From positions 2,122 to 66,121 of the forward strand of contig JAVYSX010000002.1 in the NCBI GenBank assembly GCA_038728965.1: 64,000 nt of DNA, given 5' to 3'. The stretch is from Thermoplasmatales archaeon. GTDB taxonomy: Archaea; Thermoplasmatota; Thermoplasmata; Thermoplasmatales; GCA-001856825. Under the pieces are notes generated by a model. That model saw nothing but the letters and a program-made list of their open reading frames with translations, did no database searches and was not told where the DNA came from. The stretch's first letter is position 1, and each line of letters opens with the position of its first letter. The position numbers and the translations under genes were made by a program. Below are positions 44,995-54,489 of the stretch, in pieces.

Positions 44995-46725
44995 ATGTGG
45001 ATAAGGCAACCTATCGTGGGCGTACTTGGACATGTAGATCACGGAAAGACTTCCTTGCTGGACTATATAAGGGGGAGTATGGTTGCCTCGAGGGAGGCAG
45101 GAGGAATAACGCAACATATTGGAGCTACGGAAGTTCCAATCGAAGATATTGTCAGAATTTGTAAGGACATAATTGGGAAGAGGGAATTCAAGATACCTGG
45201 CCTTTTATTTATCGATACACCTGGGCATGAATCTTTTTCGAGCCTTAGAATAAGGGGAGGCTCCATAGCCGACATAGCCGTTCTCGTGGTTGACATACGT
45301 GAGGGAATAATGCCTCAAACAAAAGAATCCCTTGACGTACTCAAGCGTTTTAAAACGCCCTTTGTTGTTGCGGCCAACAAAGTTGATCTGCTCGAAGGAT
45401 TCTCGGGACTCAAAGGGCCATTCTTATTGGCGCTTGGGAAAATGGATGCAACGAGGATAGAGGAGCTCGATGAGAAAATTCTCCAACTTTCATCCCAGCT
45501 ATACAGGGGTGGATTCAGTGCAGACAGGTACGACAGGATAACAGATTTTACGAGGAATGTTGCGATAGTGCCAATTTCCGCTAAAACTGGGTTCGGGGTC
45601 CCCGATCTTATGATGGTCCTATCGGGTCTTGCTCAAACATTTCTAAGCGCACAGCTAAGGAACGAGGACGAGACTGCTGAAGGCACAATACTTGAGGTTA
45701 GGGAGGAGAAAGGGATGGGGGAGGTTGCAGATGCCATACTCTACAACGGAATAATGAAGAGGGGGCAAACAGTCTTCACCGGTACTGTGGACGGGATAAA
45801 GGCACTCCGGGTCAAGGGTATATTTAAACCAAAGCCCCTCGACGAAATAAGGGATCCAAGGGACAGATTTCAGCCAGTTAGCCAGGTAAGGGCTGCATCT
45901 GGTATTAGAATACTATTCCAAGGTGGGGGTGGCGTGATACCAGGCAGCCCGTTCAAGGAGGCCACAGGTGATCTTATAGATCTCAGGAGGTCAATAGAAG
46001 AAGCAATAAAGAGCTCCTTCAAACCGAGCGCGGAAGGTGTTGTGGCCAAGGCCGACACCGTCGGAAGTCTTGAGGCACTGGTTTATGAGCTAGGGAGGGT
46101 CAGTGTACCGATAAAGAAGGCTGAAGTGGGCCCTGTCTCCAAAAGGGACATAACTGAGGCAGGAACCAACTCGAAGCCCGAGGACAGGATAGTCGTCGCA
46201 TTCAACGTACCGATAGACACAGACAAGCTGGAAAGCGTAAGCATAGTGCAGGACAAGATCATATATTCACTTAAGGATAATGTTCAAAAGCTGAGAGAGG
46301 AGATAAAGGAAAGGGAAAATGAGGAGAGAAGAAGAGAGATAACCTTTCCCTGCAAGGTGCTCATCCTCCCCGGGAACGTTTTCAGGGCGTCAAAGCCAGC
46401 GATATTCGGGATCAGAATAATTGCAGGAAAGATCAGAGTTAAGACAGAAATGATGAAAGCGGATGGTACTCCAATTGGACCCATAAAGAGCATGAGGACA
46501 GGTGAAACTTCCCTCCAGGAAGCGAAGCAGGGAGAGGAGGTGGCTATCGCTATGGATTCAATAACCGTGGGTAGGCAGGTGAAAGAAGGCGACATACTTT
46601 ACAGCGACATAAAGGAGAGGGAATTCAGGGAGCTGAAGCAACAAGAGCTTAACGAGGACGAAAAGATGGCGCTTAACGAAATATGGGATATAAAAAGAAA
46701 GGGAAATCAATTCTGGGGTGTTTAG
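44995..46725 (+). CDS. infB: translation initiation factor aIF5B (IF-2)
   Basis: G domain with GHVDHGKTSLLD, DTPGHE and NKVD. 576 aa. Confidence 0.9.
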   Translation: MWIRQPIVGVLGHVDHGKTSLLDYIRGSMVASREAGGITQHIGATEVPIEDIVRICKDIIGKREFKIPGLLFIDTPGHESFSSLRIRGGSIADIAVLVVDIREGIMPQTKESLDVLKRFKTPFVVAANKVDLLEGFSGLKGPFLLALGKMDATRIEELDEKILQLSSQLYRGGFSADRYDRITDFTRNVAIVPISAKTGFGVPDLMMVLSGLAQTFLSAQLRNEDETAEGTILEVREEKGMGEVADAILYNGIMKRGQTVFTGTVDGIKALRVKGIFKPKPLDEIRDPRDRFQPVSQVRAASGIRILFQGGGGVIPGSPFKEATGDLIDLRRSIEEAIKSSFKPSAEGVVAKADTVGSLEALVYELGRVSVPIKKAEVGPVSKRDITEAGTNSKPEDRIVVAFNVPIDTDKLESVSIVQDKIIYSLKDNVQKLREEIKERENEERRREITFPCKVLILPGNVFRASKPAIFGIRIIAGKIRVKTEMMKADGTPIGPIKSMRTGETSLQEAKQGEEVAIAMDSITVGRQVKEGDILYSDIKEREFRELKQQELNEDEKMALNEIWDIKRKGNQFWGV

Positions 46726-46771
46726 GGTCAAACCAACAGGGTTTTTATTGATGAAATAATGAGGTCTCCTC

Positions 46772-46945
46772 ATGGAAGTAAACTCACTCGAGGTATGTTC
46801 GTCCTGCGGAGTAGGATTAGAGGACGCTGGTGCAACATCATTCAAATGTCCATCGTGCGGGCAGGTTGTGATAAGTAGATGCAGTAATTGCAGGGATCTG
46901 TCAGTTCAGTACGAGTGCGAAAAATGTGGATTCAGGGGGCCTTAA
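46772..46945 (+). CDS. small zinc-ribbon protein (COG2888-type, translation-associated)
   Basis: Not in the ORF track (57 aa): MEVNSLEVCSSCGVGLEDAGATSFKCPSCGQVVISRCSNCRDLSVQYECEKCGFRGP. It has four CxxC pairs and the classic position immediately upstream of aEF-1beta. Confidence 0.65.
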   Translation: MEVNSLEVCSSCGVGLEDAGATSFKCPSCGQVVISRCSNCRDLSVQYECEKCGFRGP

Positions 46946-46946
46946 A

Positions 46947-47216
46947 TTGGGGAAGGTAGCTGTTTCATTCAAAGTTATGCCTGCTGACGAGAATATGGAT
47001 CTGGTGGAGATTGAAAAGAGTTTAAAACAGGAGCTCTCCAGAGACTTTGTTCTGGGGAAATCAAGTATAGATGAGCTGGCATTCGGTATTAAGGTCCTTA
47101 AGTTTATCGTAATAATGGATGATGAGGGTGGGCTTATTGATTCCGTTGAGGAAAGAATAAGGAAGCATCCAGAGGTTGGAGAGGTGGATGTGGAGGAAGT
47201 TTCCCTTATAAGTTAG
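46947..47216 (+). CDS. elongation factor 1-beta (aEF-1beta)
   Basis: GKVAVSFKVMPADENMDL...ELAFGIKVLKFIVIMDDEGG..D.VEE.I. The TTG at 46947 lies just after the Zn-ribbon stop. The track uses the in-frame GTG at 46926. Confidence 0.85.
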   Translation: MGKVAVSFKVMPADENMDLVEIEKSLKQELSRDFVLGKSSIDELAFGIKVLKFIVIMDDEGGLIDSVEERIRKHPEVGEVDVEEVSLIS

Positions 47217-47222
47217 AACATT

Positions 47223-48068
47223 TCAGATTCCGAGTGCCCTCAGGCGTTTTATCCTCTCTTCTATTGGCGGATGCGTGGAAAAGAGATTTCTTATCCTCTG
47301 GCCCCCCAAGGGGTTCACTATGAACAGGCTCGCAGTTGCAGGATTAGCGTTTCTCATTGGTCTTTGGTTGTTCCACTGCTCAAGTTTCATGAGAGCGCTT
47401 ATCAGCCCCTCGGAAGAATTGTTAACTTTTGCCCCGTGCTCGTCTGCGTAAAGCTCTCTCTGTCTAGATATTGCTAGCTGGAGGAGTGTTGCTCCGAGCG
47501 CAGCAATCAGCAAAAGTATCATAATAACTAGATCCTGTCCGCTCCTTCTTCCCCCGAAAAGTGCGTCGAAGCCAAAGATCCTCGCACCGATCATAAGCGC
47601 CGACGCAATTGTTGCCGCTATGGTGACGACAAGAATGTCGTTATGCTTAATATGGCCAAGTTCGTGGCCGATAACACCTTTCAGCTCTCTGTCGTTAAGT
47701 ATGTTGAGGATTGTACCGGTGAAAACGATGTAGGCTGCTTTCTTGCTTCTACCTGTGGCGAATGCATTGGGTACGGGGATATCTGCAATTGCAACCTTTG
47801 GCATCGGAAGCCCCGCATTTTGGGCCACATCTCTAACCATTGAGAAAAGTTTCGGGTTCTGTTCCTCAGATATCACCTTGGCATGATAACTCCATAGGAC
47901 AAATCTGTACGAGAAGAAATATGTGATTACGTTCATAACTGCTGCGAAAGCGAGGAAAATAAGGAGCCAGAGAAGTCCATTACCGATGATCGCCCCTATT
48001 ATAATCCCCACCACCGCGAATATGATGAAAAGGAATAGGAATGCTAGGATCAGTCTTGTCCTGCTCAT
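47223..48068 (-). CDS. htpX: HtpX-type M48 membrane zinc protease
   Basis: HELGHIKHND (HExxH motif), downstream ELYADEHGA, and 4 TM segments. Confidence 0.9.
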   Translation of the reverse strand: MSRTRLILAFLFLFIIFAVVGIIIGAIIGNGLLWLLIFLAFAAVMNVITYFFSYRFVLWSYHAKVISEEQNPKLFSMVRDVAQNAGLPMPKVAIADIPVPNAFATGRSKKAAYIVFTGTILNILNDRELKGVIGHELGHIKHNDILVVTIAATIASALMIGARIFGFDALFGGRRSGQDLVIMILLLIAALGATLLQLAISRQRELYADEHGAKVNNSSEGLISALMKLEQWNNQRPMRNANPATASLFIVNPLGGQRIRNLFSTHPPIEERIKRLRALGI

Positions 48069-48227
48069 CCTACCGGTATTGGAAGCAGAAATTTAATTGT
48101 TTTCTTGCAGTACTGACTGTAAATATAATAATATTAAAATATAATGTTGAGAACTTGGAAAAATCATAACAACTGTTTAATAGTAATTATAATTACCAGT
48201 CCATCTCACTTAGGAGGTCTAGGCACA

Positions 48228-51131
48228 ATGCTTAAAAAAATCGGAAAAACAACTGCTCTGGTTGCCATTGCACTACTGCTTATGGCAGGAGTGTTGGGAG
48301 CCTCCTTCGGACAGGTGCAGGGGGCTCAGAAGGTATCGTTTAGCTTTAGCGTTATAGGTACCGGTTCAAATGGTACTGTATTTGCAAAAGGCGTAAGCGT
48401 GAGTTTATTGAGTGGCACGGGAGCAGTTTTATCCAACAGCACATCGACGCCCGTTGTAACGTTCAATGTATATCCTGGAAATTATTTCATTTATATCCCC
48501 TCCCAATACACAGCAGCCTCGGGACTAGTATATAGCGTATATGAGGCTCAAGTCTCTATCACTTCTAACGGCACGGCCATGAGCGCTGGTCACGTCTTCA
48601 AAGATGCTTATGTTAATTATTCGCTAGTGAATCGCCCGGTATACGTTATAGTCAAAGGTACAAGCGCAGTGTACTCCGTCTATGTGACCCTACCAAACGG
48701 TTTAAGCTTGACCGCAAGTTTAGTCAACTCATCAAATCCCAGCTCGGGGTACTCGCTTAAGACAATAGCTGGTAAACAGGTGCTCAATGTGGAGTACTAT
48801 TTCGGCACAACTGTAATCTACTCCACCCAGTTTAATGCCACTTCGACTGTGAACAACACAATAATTGCCAACGTAACGTCCTCCCAGAACGTGCTGGGTA
48901 CCGTAACGTCAAGTAACGGTGGCTACATAAGCAATATAGCAGTTTCAGTTTACAAGGGTGAAGAACTTCTCTCAATGGACAGCTTTGCTAACGGCTATTA
49001 CTCAATCTCTCTCAGCCCCGGTGTCTACGATTTAGTATTCTCTTCACCCGGCTTCATCCCTACTCAGCTAAACGTGAGTGTTGTTCCCGGAGGTAAGTCC
49101 ATATTCCAGCCAGTTGTACTCACGCCGATAAAGGTAAGAGATTCGGAGACAGTTACATTTGGTTCAGGTTTCCAGACAATAGTAATAGAGGGTGAAATAA
49201 CTCTGGCTAACTCTACAACGCTGCCATTTTTACCATACGCTAACGCCGGCTCACTGTATGATCAGCTCAGGCTGAATGGCCTAAGCGAGGGGGATCTTTG
49301 GTCCATACTCAATGGGACTGTGCCAACCAGTACACCAAACACAGTCCTGTACAACAACTACTCCTACAATTCAACAGGGTCCGTTACAACATCGCTTCTA
49401 AGGGGCACTGGTGGAATTTTGTACCAGTTTAACTTTACATCATCATACTCTCAACCTTTGATAACTGCAACCAACAGTAGCACAATTGATGTATACCTCC
49501 AGAGGAGTAACTCTACTTCTCCTGTACAGTATAGTGTGGAGATCAATATACCTCAGCAGTACCAGAGAGCTAACGTGATTAGCAGCGGTGTGGCTGACGT
49601 TTCCGGTTATTCCGGTTCCATTAATATATCAAATGCAACAACATCAGGTTTTATAACAGTAAAGCTCGCATTGAAGCAAAAGCCCGTTCTGAATCTCTCC
49701 GGCCTATCTGCTAGCTGGAGCGGCTGGTTCGAATCTACAGTTATTTCTTCCTCAACGGGAAACTACACCGCCCTCGTCCCGGTTGGGAAGGAGGTTACAT
49801 TGAATGCTAGCATGGTACCATATGACCCCGTGCTTAAGACGGACAACTATTACCAGATGAACTTCACCTGGAATATCGGGAGTGGCGTTATGCACGGCTA
49901 TACCGTAGAGTACAACTTCTCCAGCGGAGCGTATCCTGTCATGCTATCTATCGCTAGCTCGGCCGGTGTTACAAACTCTACAAACTTTACCATAATTGGC
50001 GATGCCATGAATCCCCAATTGAATCTCAACATAATACAGAACGGCGTAACGCTTAGGAATGTAACAGCATCAGGCAGTATTTCTACAGTTCTATGGGTAA
50101 ACCAGACAACCAATGTCTATTTTAATGCCTTAAAATCAAAGGATCTTCTGCCATCAGGTAAATCTACAGGCCTTCCACTCTCTTTCTCGTGGAATATCAC
50201 TGGCACAAAGCTCACAGGCTCAAATGTGTCATATTCATTCACAGCTCCAACTTTCAACAAGACTGACAACGCTACTCTGGCTGTCGAAAATGGTGTCGGA
50301 AATAGTTTCACGATTTACTTCACAATTCACGTCAACGATACCACCCCCCCAATAGCGACGTTCCAGATTCAAAATGAGGCTGGCGTAACAGTTTCCTCGG
50401 TAAAGGAATACCAGAATGTTACGCTGAACGGATCAAAATCTTATGCTCCTGACGGCGGGTACATAAAAACATATAACTGGAGCATTTCTTATTCTAACGG
50501 AACAGTTGCTAAGAAGAATGTGGAGTACAAGGTATATTACCAGTCGTCCAACAACTCTACTGTGAGGCTCGCCTTTATACAGTACGGAACGTTCAGCGTA
50601 AAGCTCAAGGTCACTGACCAGTCCAACAATACCGCAACCTACACGCTCAGTCTTGTTGTTAATGCGGTTGGGCCGGAAATCGAGATAACAAAGATAGTAT
50701 ATCCAAAATCATACACTGAAGGCAGCCCCTCAGTTCTAAACGTTACTCTAAAGAATGTGGGCCTTAGTAATGCAACCAAATTTTATCTAGTTGTGAAGAT
50801 AAATGGGGCAGTCGTCAAAAACCAGACATTCACAAATCTTACTTCCAATGGCACCGTCAACGAAATACTAACCGTAGTGCCACCTACGTCAGGTACATAC
50901 TCGATGGTCATTTCCGTGTATGCAGTTGGCCAACCTACGTTCTTCAACACGAATACATCTATAACAAAGGCAGTATCAATTGCACAGGCACCTTGGAAAC
51001 TCCCAGCACTGGTAGGAGGAATAGTCGTTGCAATTGGCGTGCTGGCCTTCATATACTACGACTTAACCGTTAGGAGAAAAAGACCTAAGGAACCCAAGCA
51101 GCAGCCGCCAAAGAAACAACTAAAGGTGTAA
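48228..51131 (+). CDS. large cell-surface glycoprotein (S-layer-like) with PKD and PGxY beta-sandwich domains and a C-terminal TM anchor
   Basis: Signal peptide MLKKIGKTTALVAIALLLMAGVLGASFG from the ATG at 48228, and about 45 N-x-S/T sequons by manual count. PKD-like YNWSISYSNGT...GTFSVKLKVTDQSNNTATY, C-terminal TM LPALVGGIVVAIGVLAFIYY and a basic tail RRKRPKEPK. Confidence 0.7.
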   Translation: MLKKIGKTTALVAIALLLMAGVLGASFGQVQGAQKVSFSFSVIGTGSNGTVFAKGVSVSLLSGTGAVLSNSTSTPVVTFNVYPGNYFIYIPSQYTAASGLVYSVYEAQVSITSNGTAMSAGHVFKDAYVNYSLVNRPVYVIVKGTSAVYSVYVTLPNGLSLTASLVNSSNPSSGYSLKTIAGKQVLNVEYYFGTTVIYSTQFNATSTVNNTIIANVTSSQNVLGTVTSSNGGYISNIAVSVYKGEELLSMDSFANGYYSISLSPGVYDLVFSSPGFIPTQLNVSVVPGGKSIFQPVVLTPIKVRDSETVTFGSGFQTIVIEGEITLANSTTLPFLPYANAGSLYDQLRLNGLSEGDLWSILNGTVPTSTPNTVLYNNYSYNSTGSVTTSLLRGTGGILYQFNFTSSYSQPLITATNSSTIDVYLQRSNSTSPVQYSVEINIPQQYQRANVISSGVADVSGYSGSINISNATTSGFITVKLALKQKPVLNLSGLSASWSGWFESTVISSSTGNYTALVPVGKEVTLNASMVPYDPVLKTDNYYQMNFTWNIGSGVMHGYTVEYNFSSGAYPVMLSIASSAGVTNSTNFTIIGDAMNPQLNLNIIQNGVTLRNVTASGSISTVLWVNQTTNVYFNALKSKDLLPSGKSTGLPLSFSWNITGTKLTGSNVSYSFTAPTFNKTDNATLAVENGVGNSFTIYFTIHVNDTTPPIATFQIQNEAGVTVSSVKEYQNVTLNGSKSYAPDGGYIKTYNWSISYSNGTVAKKNVEYKVYYQSSNNSTVRLAFIQYGTFSVKLKVTDQSNNTATYTLSLVVNAVGPEIEITKIVYPKSYTEGSPSVLNVTLKNVGLSNATKFYLVVKINGAVVKNQTFTNLTSNGTVNEILTVVPPTSGTYSMVISVYAVGQPTFFNTNTSITKAVSIAQAPWKLPALVGGIVVAIGVLAFIYYDLTVRRKRPKEPKQQPPKKQLKV

Positions 51132-51147
51132 TTTATTTTATATTTTT

Positions 51148-52758
51148 TTATATTTTATCTGATGGATTTATCCCTAGTATGGAGAACACCTCTTCCATCG
51201 TCCTTGCGAAGGCTTTTACTACCTCGGACCTCCTTCCCTGATCTTCCCCACTTCCTATAACTTCGCAGTCCCTGTAGAATTGATTGAAAGTACCTGCAAG
51301 TTCAAATGCGTATTTGGCAACTCTATCTGGCCTCAAATGCGAGGCCGCATCTTCGATTACCTCGGGGTAAAGTGCTATAAATCTTAGGATTGGGTATTCC
51401 TCTTTCTTGAATGAATATTTGATTTCATCCTGTTCTCTAATTTTGGAGAGGATTGACTTTGCTCTCGCGTAGCTGTACATCACGAAAGGTGCCGCATCAC
51501 CTTCGAAGTTCAGAGCCTCGCTCCAATCAAACACCACCGGCTTCTCAAGGGAATATTTTATTATGTTGTACCTTACTGCCGCAGTCCCTATCTTGGTGGA
51601 TATTTCCCTAAGTTCATCCTCGTTGAGGTCGCTGCGCCTTGCAATTATTTCGTTCCTTGCCCTGGAAATGGCTTCGTCTATAAGATCCCTTACGTAGATG
51701 ACGTTACCGCGTCTAGTGCTCATCTTCCCCTCCTTGGTCGATATGAACGAATAAAAAACTGTCTCTATACCTTTAAGGCCGAGCAGGTTGAAGACGTACT
51801 CCAGCTTCCGATAATGATCCCTATGATCCTCCCCCAGAACATCTATGGACCTATCGAACCCGGATGTCTTAAGTATGTGGTGAACCACGTCCCTAGTAAA
51901 GTAAACGGATGTACCATTAGACCTAATAAGGTATATCTTACCGTCTTCGGTTTCAATGTATTTGGCACCGTTGTCGTCTTTTATAACTCCTGAAAGTCTT
52001 TCGAGAAGTCTCTTAACAGAGCCGTCAAGGATAAAGTCACTCTCCCATATGAAAATATCAAATGAGATCGAAAGCTTTGAGAGATCAGAAAGCACATCTT
52101 CGAGAAATACGCTCAGTTTACGCCTGGATTCCCTTATGAAAGCTTCATCTCCAGATTCAGCCCTGAGCATTAGCTCTTCTACCTTCGCCTTATAGAGATC
52201 AAAATTCTCAAATATTTTCCTGTAGGAATCAGTGTAGTTCATGTCTTTGAAAAGATCCGTTGCGAGGAGGAGAGCCTCTACTTGCGTGCCTATGTCATTC
52301 ACGTAATATTCAGTCTTTACCTCGTATCCATACCTCCTAAGGAGCCTTGAAATTGTGTCCCCTATGATGGAATTCCTAACTCTACCTATGTGGAGGGGAC
52401 CCGTAGGATTTGCGCTTGTGTGTTCAACGAGAATTTTCTCTCTTCTTTTTTCAAATGAAAAGAGCTCCCCGCTGGATGCGCTCCTGAGTGTTTCAAGGGA
52501 GAATTTGTTATCATTATAAAGAACATTGACGAATTTTCCAACTGCCTTAAAGCTCAAGTTATCATCGCTGAGGGATTGAACCTCATTGCTGTCAATGCTC
52601 ACATTGCTTTTCTGGAAGTCAAATGTCAGATCTCCAAAGCCCTTTGGAGCCCTGTAGGACCTGTAAATTAAATTGAAATTGTGATTAGACAGGTACGAAT
52701 CCATTTTCATCTTTGCCATCTCATCAAATCTTGAATAGGGCTTCATTTCCAACTTCAT
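51148..52758 (-). CDS. argS: arginine--tRNA ligase
   Basis: SANPTGPLHIGRVRN (HIGH motif), MSTRRGN (KMSKS-like motif) and a C-terminal DALR anticodon-binding region. Confidence 0.9.
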   Translation of the reverse strand: MKLEMKPYSRFDEMAKMKMDSYLSNHNFNLIYRSYRAPKGFGDLTFDFQKSNVSIDSNEVQSLSDDNLSFKAVGKFVNVLYNDNKFSLETLRSASSGELFSFEKRREKILVEHTSANPTGPLHIGRVRNSIIGDTISRLLRRYGYEVKTEYYVNDIGTQVEALLLATDLFKDMNYTDSYRKIFENFDLYKAKVEELMLRAESGDEAFIRESRRKLSVFLEDVLSDLSKLSISFDIFIWESDFILDGSVKRLLERLSGVIKDDNGAKYIETEDGKIYLIRSNGTSVYFTRDVVHHILKTSGFDRSIDVLGEDHRDHYRKLEYVFNLLGLKGIETVFYSFISTKEGKMSTRRGNVIYVRDLIDEAISRARNEIIARRSDLNEDELREISTKIGTAAVRYNIIKYSLEKPVVFDWSEALNFEGDAAPFVMYSYARAKSILSKIREQDEIKYSFKKEEYPILRFIALYPEVIEDAASHLRPDRVAKYAFELAGTFNQFYRDCEVIGSGEDQGRRSEVVKAFARTMEEVFSILGINPSDKI

Positions 52759-52770
52759 ATTTCGCGGGTA

Positions 52771-53613
52771 TTAAAAAGCATCTAGACTAGTCTGGGGTTC
52801 CCTTCTGATTATCTTTATCCCGAGCATTCTCTGGAATCCTATTGCGTTTATAGCGGCCTTGGCCTGAGCGTGATTATTAAAGTATATGAATACATCCCCC
52901 TTCATGTTTCTTATTCTATCTATCCAGGGAAGCAGCTCGTCCTCATCGTACAGATAATCATATTTGTTTAGTCGCCCGTTCAGTTCACCCTTTCCGAACC
53001 AAAGATCTGCATTTCTCCCGTGAAATCTAACATAGGAGAAGTTTGCGGTTGTATAGTAAAAGTAAGGTAAACCCGGAGAATCGACGGATACAACTGCGAC
53101 ATTTGCTTCTCTGAAAGAATTTAGAACGATGGGTAACACTTCCTGGCTCAGAAAATTTTTATTTCTGAATTCCACGGACATCCTGTAATCAGAATGAATG
53201 GAGGATATCAGGTTGAATAGTCCAGTTAACACACTCTTATCCTTCAGAGGATCAAGGAAGGGTGAAAGCTGCAATAATCCGGATCCTAGGAGGTTTGAAT
53301 TCTGCAAAGGTTCTATAACCGCTTTGACAAAATCACGTGCAACCTTTACGGAGCGGTCTGTAATCCCCCTCTCGTCGTGTGTAACCTCTCTTGGAAACTT
53401 AACAGAAAAAAGAAAATTTTCCCTACCCTTCATTCTGTTGATCCACGAGTTCACGGTTCTCTCGCTAGGGAAGGAGTAGTATGTGGAATCTATCTCCACA
53501 GAATTGAAGAAATTGTAGTAATATAGAAGGAATCTATTCTCATCAAGCCCCCTCGGGTAGAACCTCTCCACCCAATCCTCGTACTGGAAGCCTGAGCAGC
53601 CCAGGTATATCAT
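52771..53613 (-). CDS. DUF72 family protein
   Basis: 280 aa with the N-terminus IYLGCSGFQYEDW...FYP and SVEIDSTYY, the characteristic DUF72 motifs. Confidence 0.75.
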   Translation of the reverse strand: MIYLGCSGFQYEDWVERFYPRGLDENRFLLYYYNFFNSVEIDSTYYSFPSERTVNSWINRMKGRENFLFSVKFPREVTHDERGITDRSVKVARDFVKAVIEPLQNSNLLGSGLLQLSPFLDPLKDKSVLTGLFNLISSIHSDYRMSVEFRNKNFLSQEVLPIVLNSFREANVAVVSVDSPGLPYFYYTTANFSYVRFHGRNADLWFGKGELNGRLNKYDYLYDEDELLPWIDRIRNMKGDVFIYFNNHAQAKAAINAIGFQRMLGIKIIRREPQTSLDAF

Positions 53614-53695
53614 ACCGCAATTATCATGATATATCGGAATAAAAGTTTTCCATGACCAGAAAAGATATTATCCGGGCTTTGAGTGATCAGATGGA

Positions 53696-53923
53696 ATGAC
53701 CATAGATGTTAGAACTTTGGATCAGGATACCTCATTCAGGGTAAGGATGGAGGCCTACCTTTACATTGATGCCCTATACATTCTTAACAAGGGTAAGGGA
53801 GACCGTCTAAAACTTGAAGACTACATGGAGAAAAGGATCAGGGCAATAGAGCAGATCCTAAATGTAAGCAGACCATTTACTATAGTTGAGGGAGAAAATG
53901 TGATATTGGAGGTGAAAAGATGA
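53696..53923 (+). CDS. small hypothetical protein
   Basis: 75 aa. A 4-nt ATGA overlap with the downstream CBS gene suggests translational coupling. No motif recognised. Confidence 0.4.
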   Translation: MTIDVRTLDQDTSFRVRMEAYLYIDALYILNKGKGDRLKLEDYMEKRIRAIEQILNVSRPFTIVEGENVILEVKR

Positions 53924-54459
53924 ATTTTATCTCCGTCTCCGACGTCATGTCTAAGAATCCGATATCGGTACTATCATCTATCACCGTAAGGGATGCCGCA
54001 GAAATGATGAGAGATAAGAAGGTAAGTTCTCTCCTCGTGACAGAAGGCGGGGAGTATGTGGGGATCGTAACTGAGAGGGATATAGTAACGAAGGTTGTAG
54101 CCCTTGGCCTCAGCTCATATGATATAAAAGTTAATGAGATAATGTCTCACCCGCTGGTTTATGTAGATGATGACAGTCCTCTTGAGGTGGCTGCTGAAAT
54201 TATGTGGAAGAGGAAAATAAGAAGGCTTCCTGTGAGGAGGGGTGGAAAAGTCATCGGGATATTGACCGAAAACGATATCGTAAGGATCAGCCCGGGACTC
54301 ATAGAAATAACAAGGGGAATAATGGGTGATAGGGAGGAGGGGTTGATAAAGGGGATTCACGGCATCTGCGATTCATGCCACGAATTCTCAGAAAATTTAA
54401 TTTACAAAGCAGGGAACTATTACTGCGAGAGATGTTATTCATCTAAGAGTTATCTGTAA
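53920..54459 (+). CDS. CBS-pair domain protein with a C-terminal zinc ribbon
   Basis: Two CBS repeats (VSDVMSKNPI..., VNEIMSHPLVYV...RRLPV) followed by CDSCHEF...YYCERC. Confidence 0.8.
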   Translation: MNFISVSDVMSKNPISVLSSITVRDAAEMMRDKKVSSLLVTEGGEYVGIVTERDIVTKVVALGLSSYDIKVNEIMSHPLVYVDDDSPLEVAAEIMWKRKIRRLPVRRGGKVIGILTENDIVRISPGLIEITRGIMGDREEGLIKGIHGICDSCHEFSENLIYKAGNYYCERCYSSKSYL

Positions 54460-54489
54460 ACTATATTACGATGAAATAATAAAGTAAGA

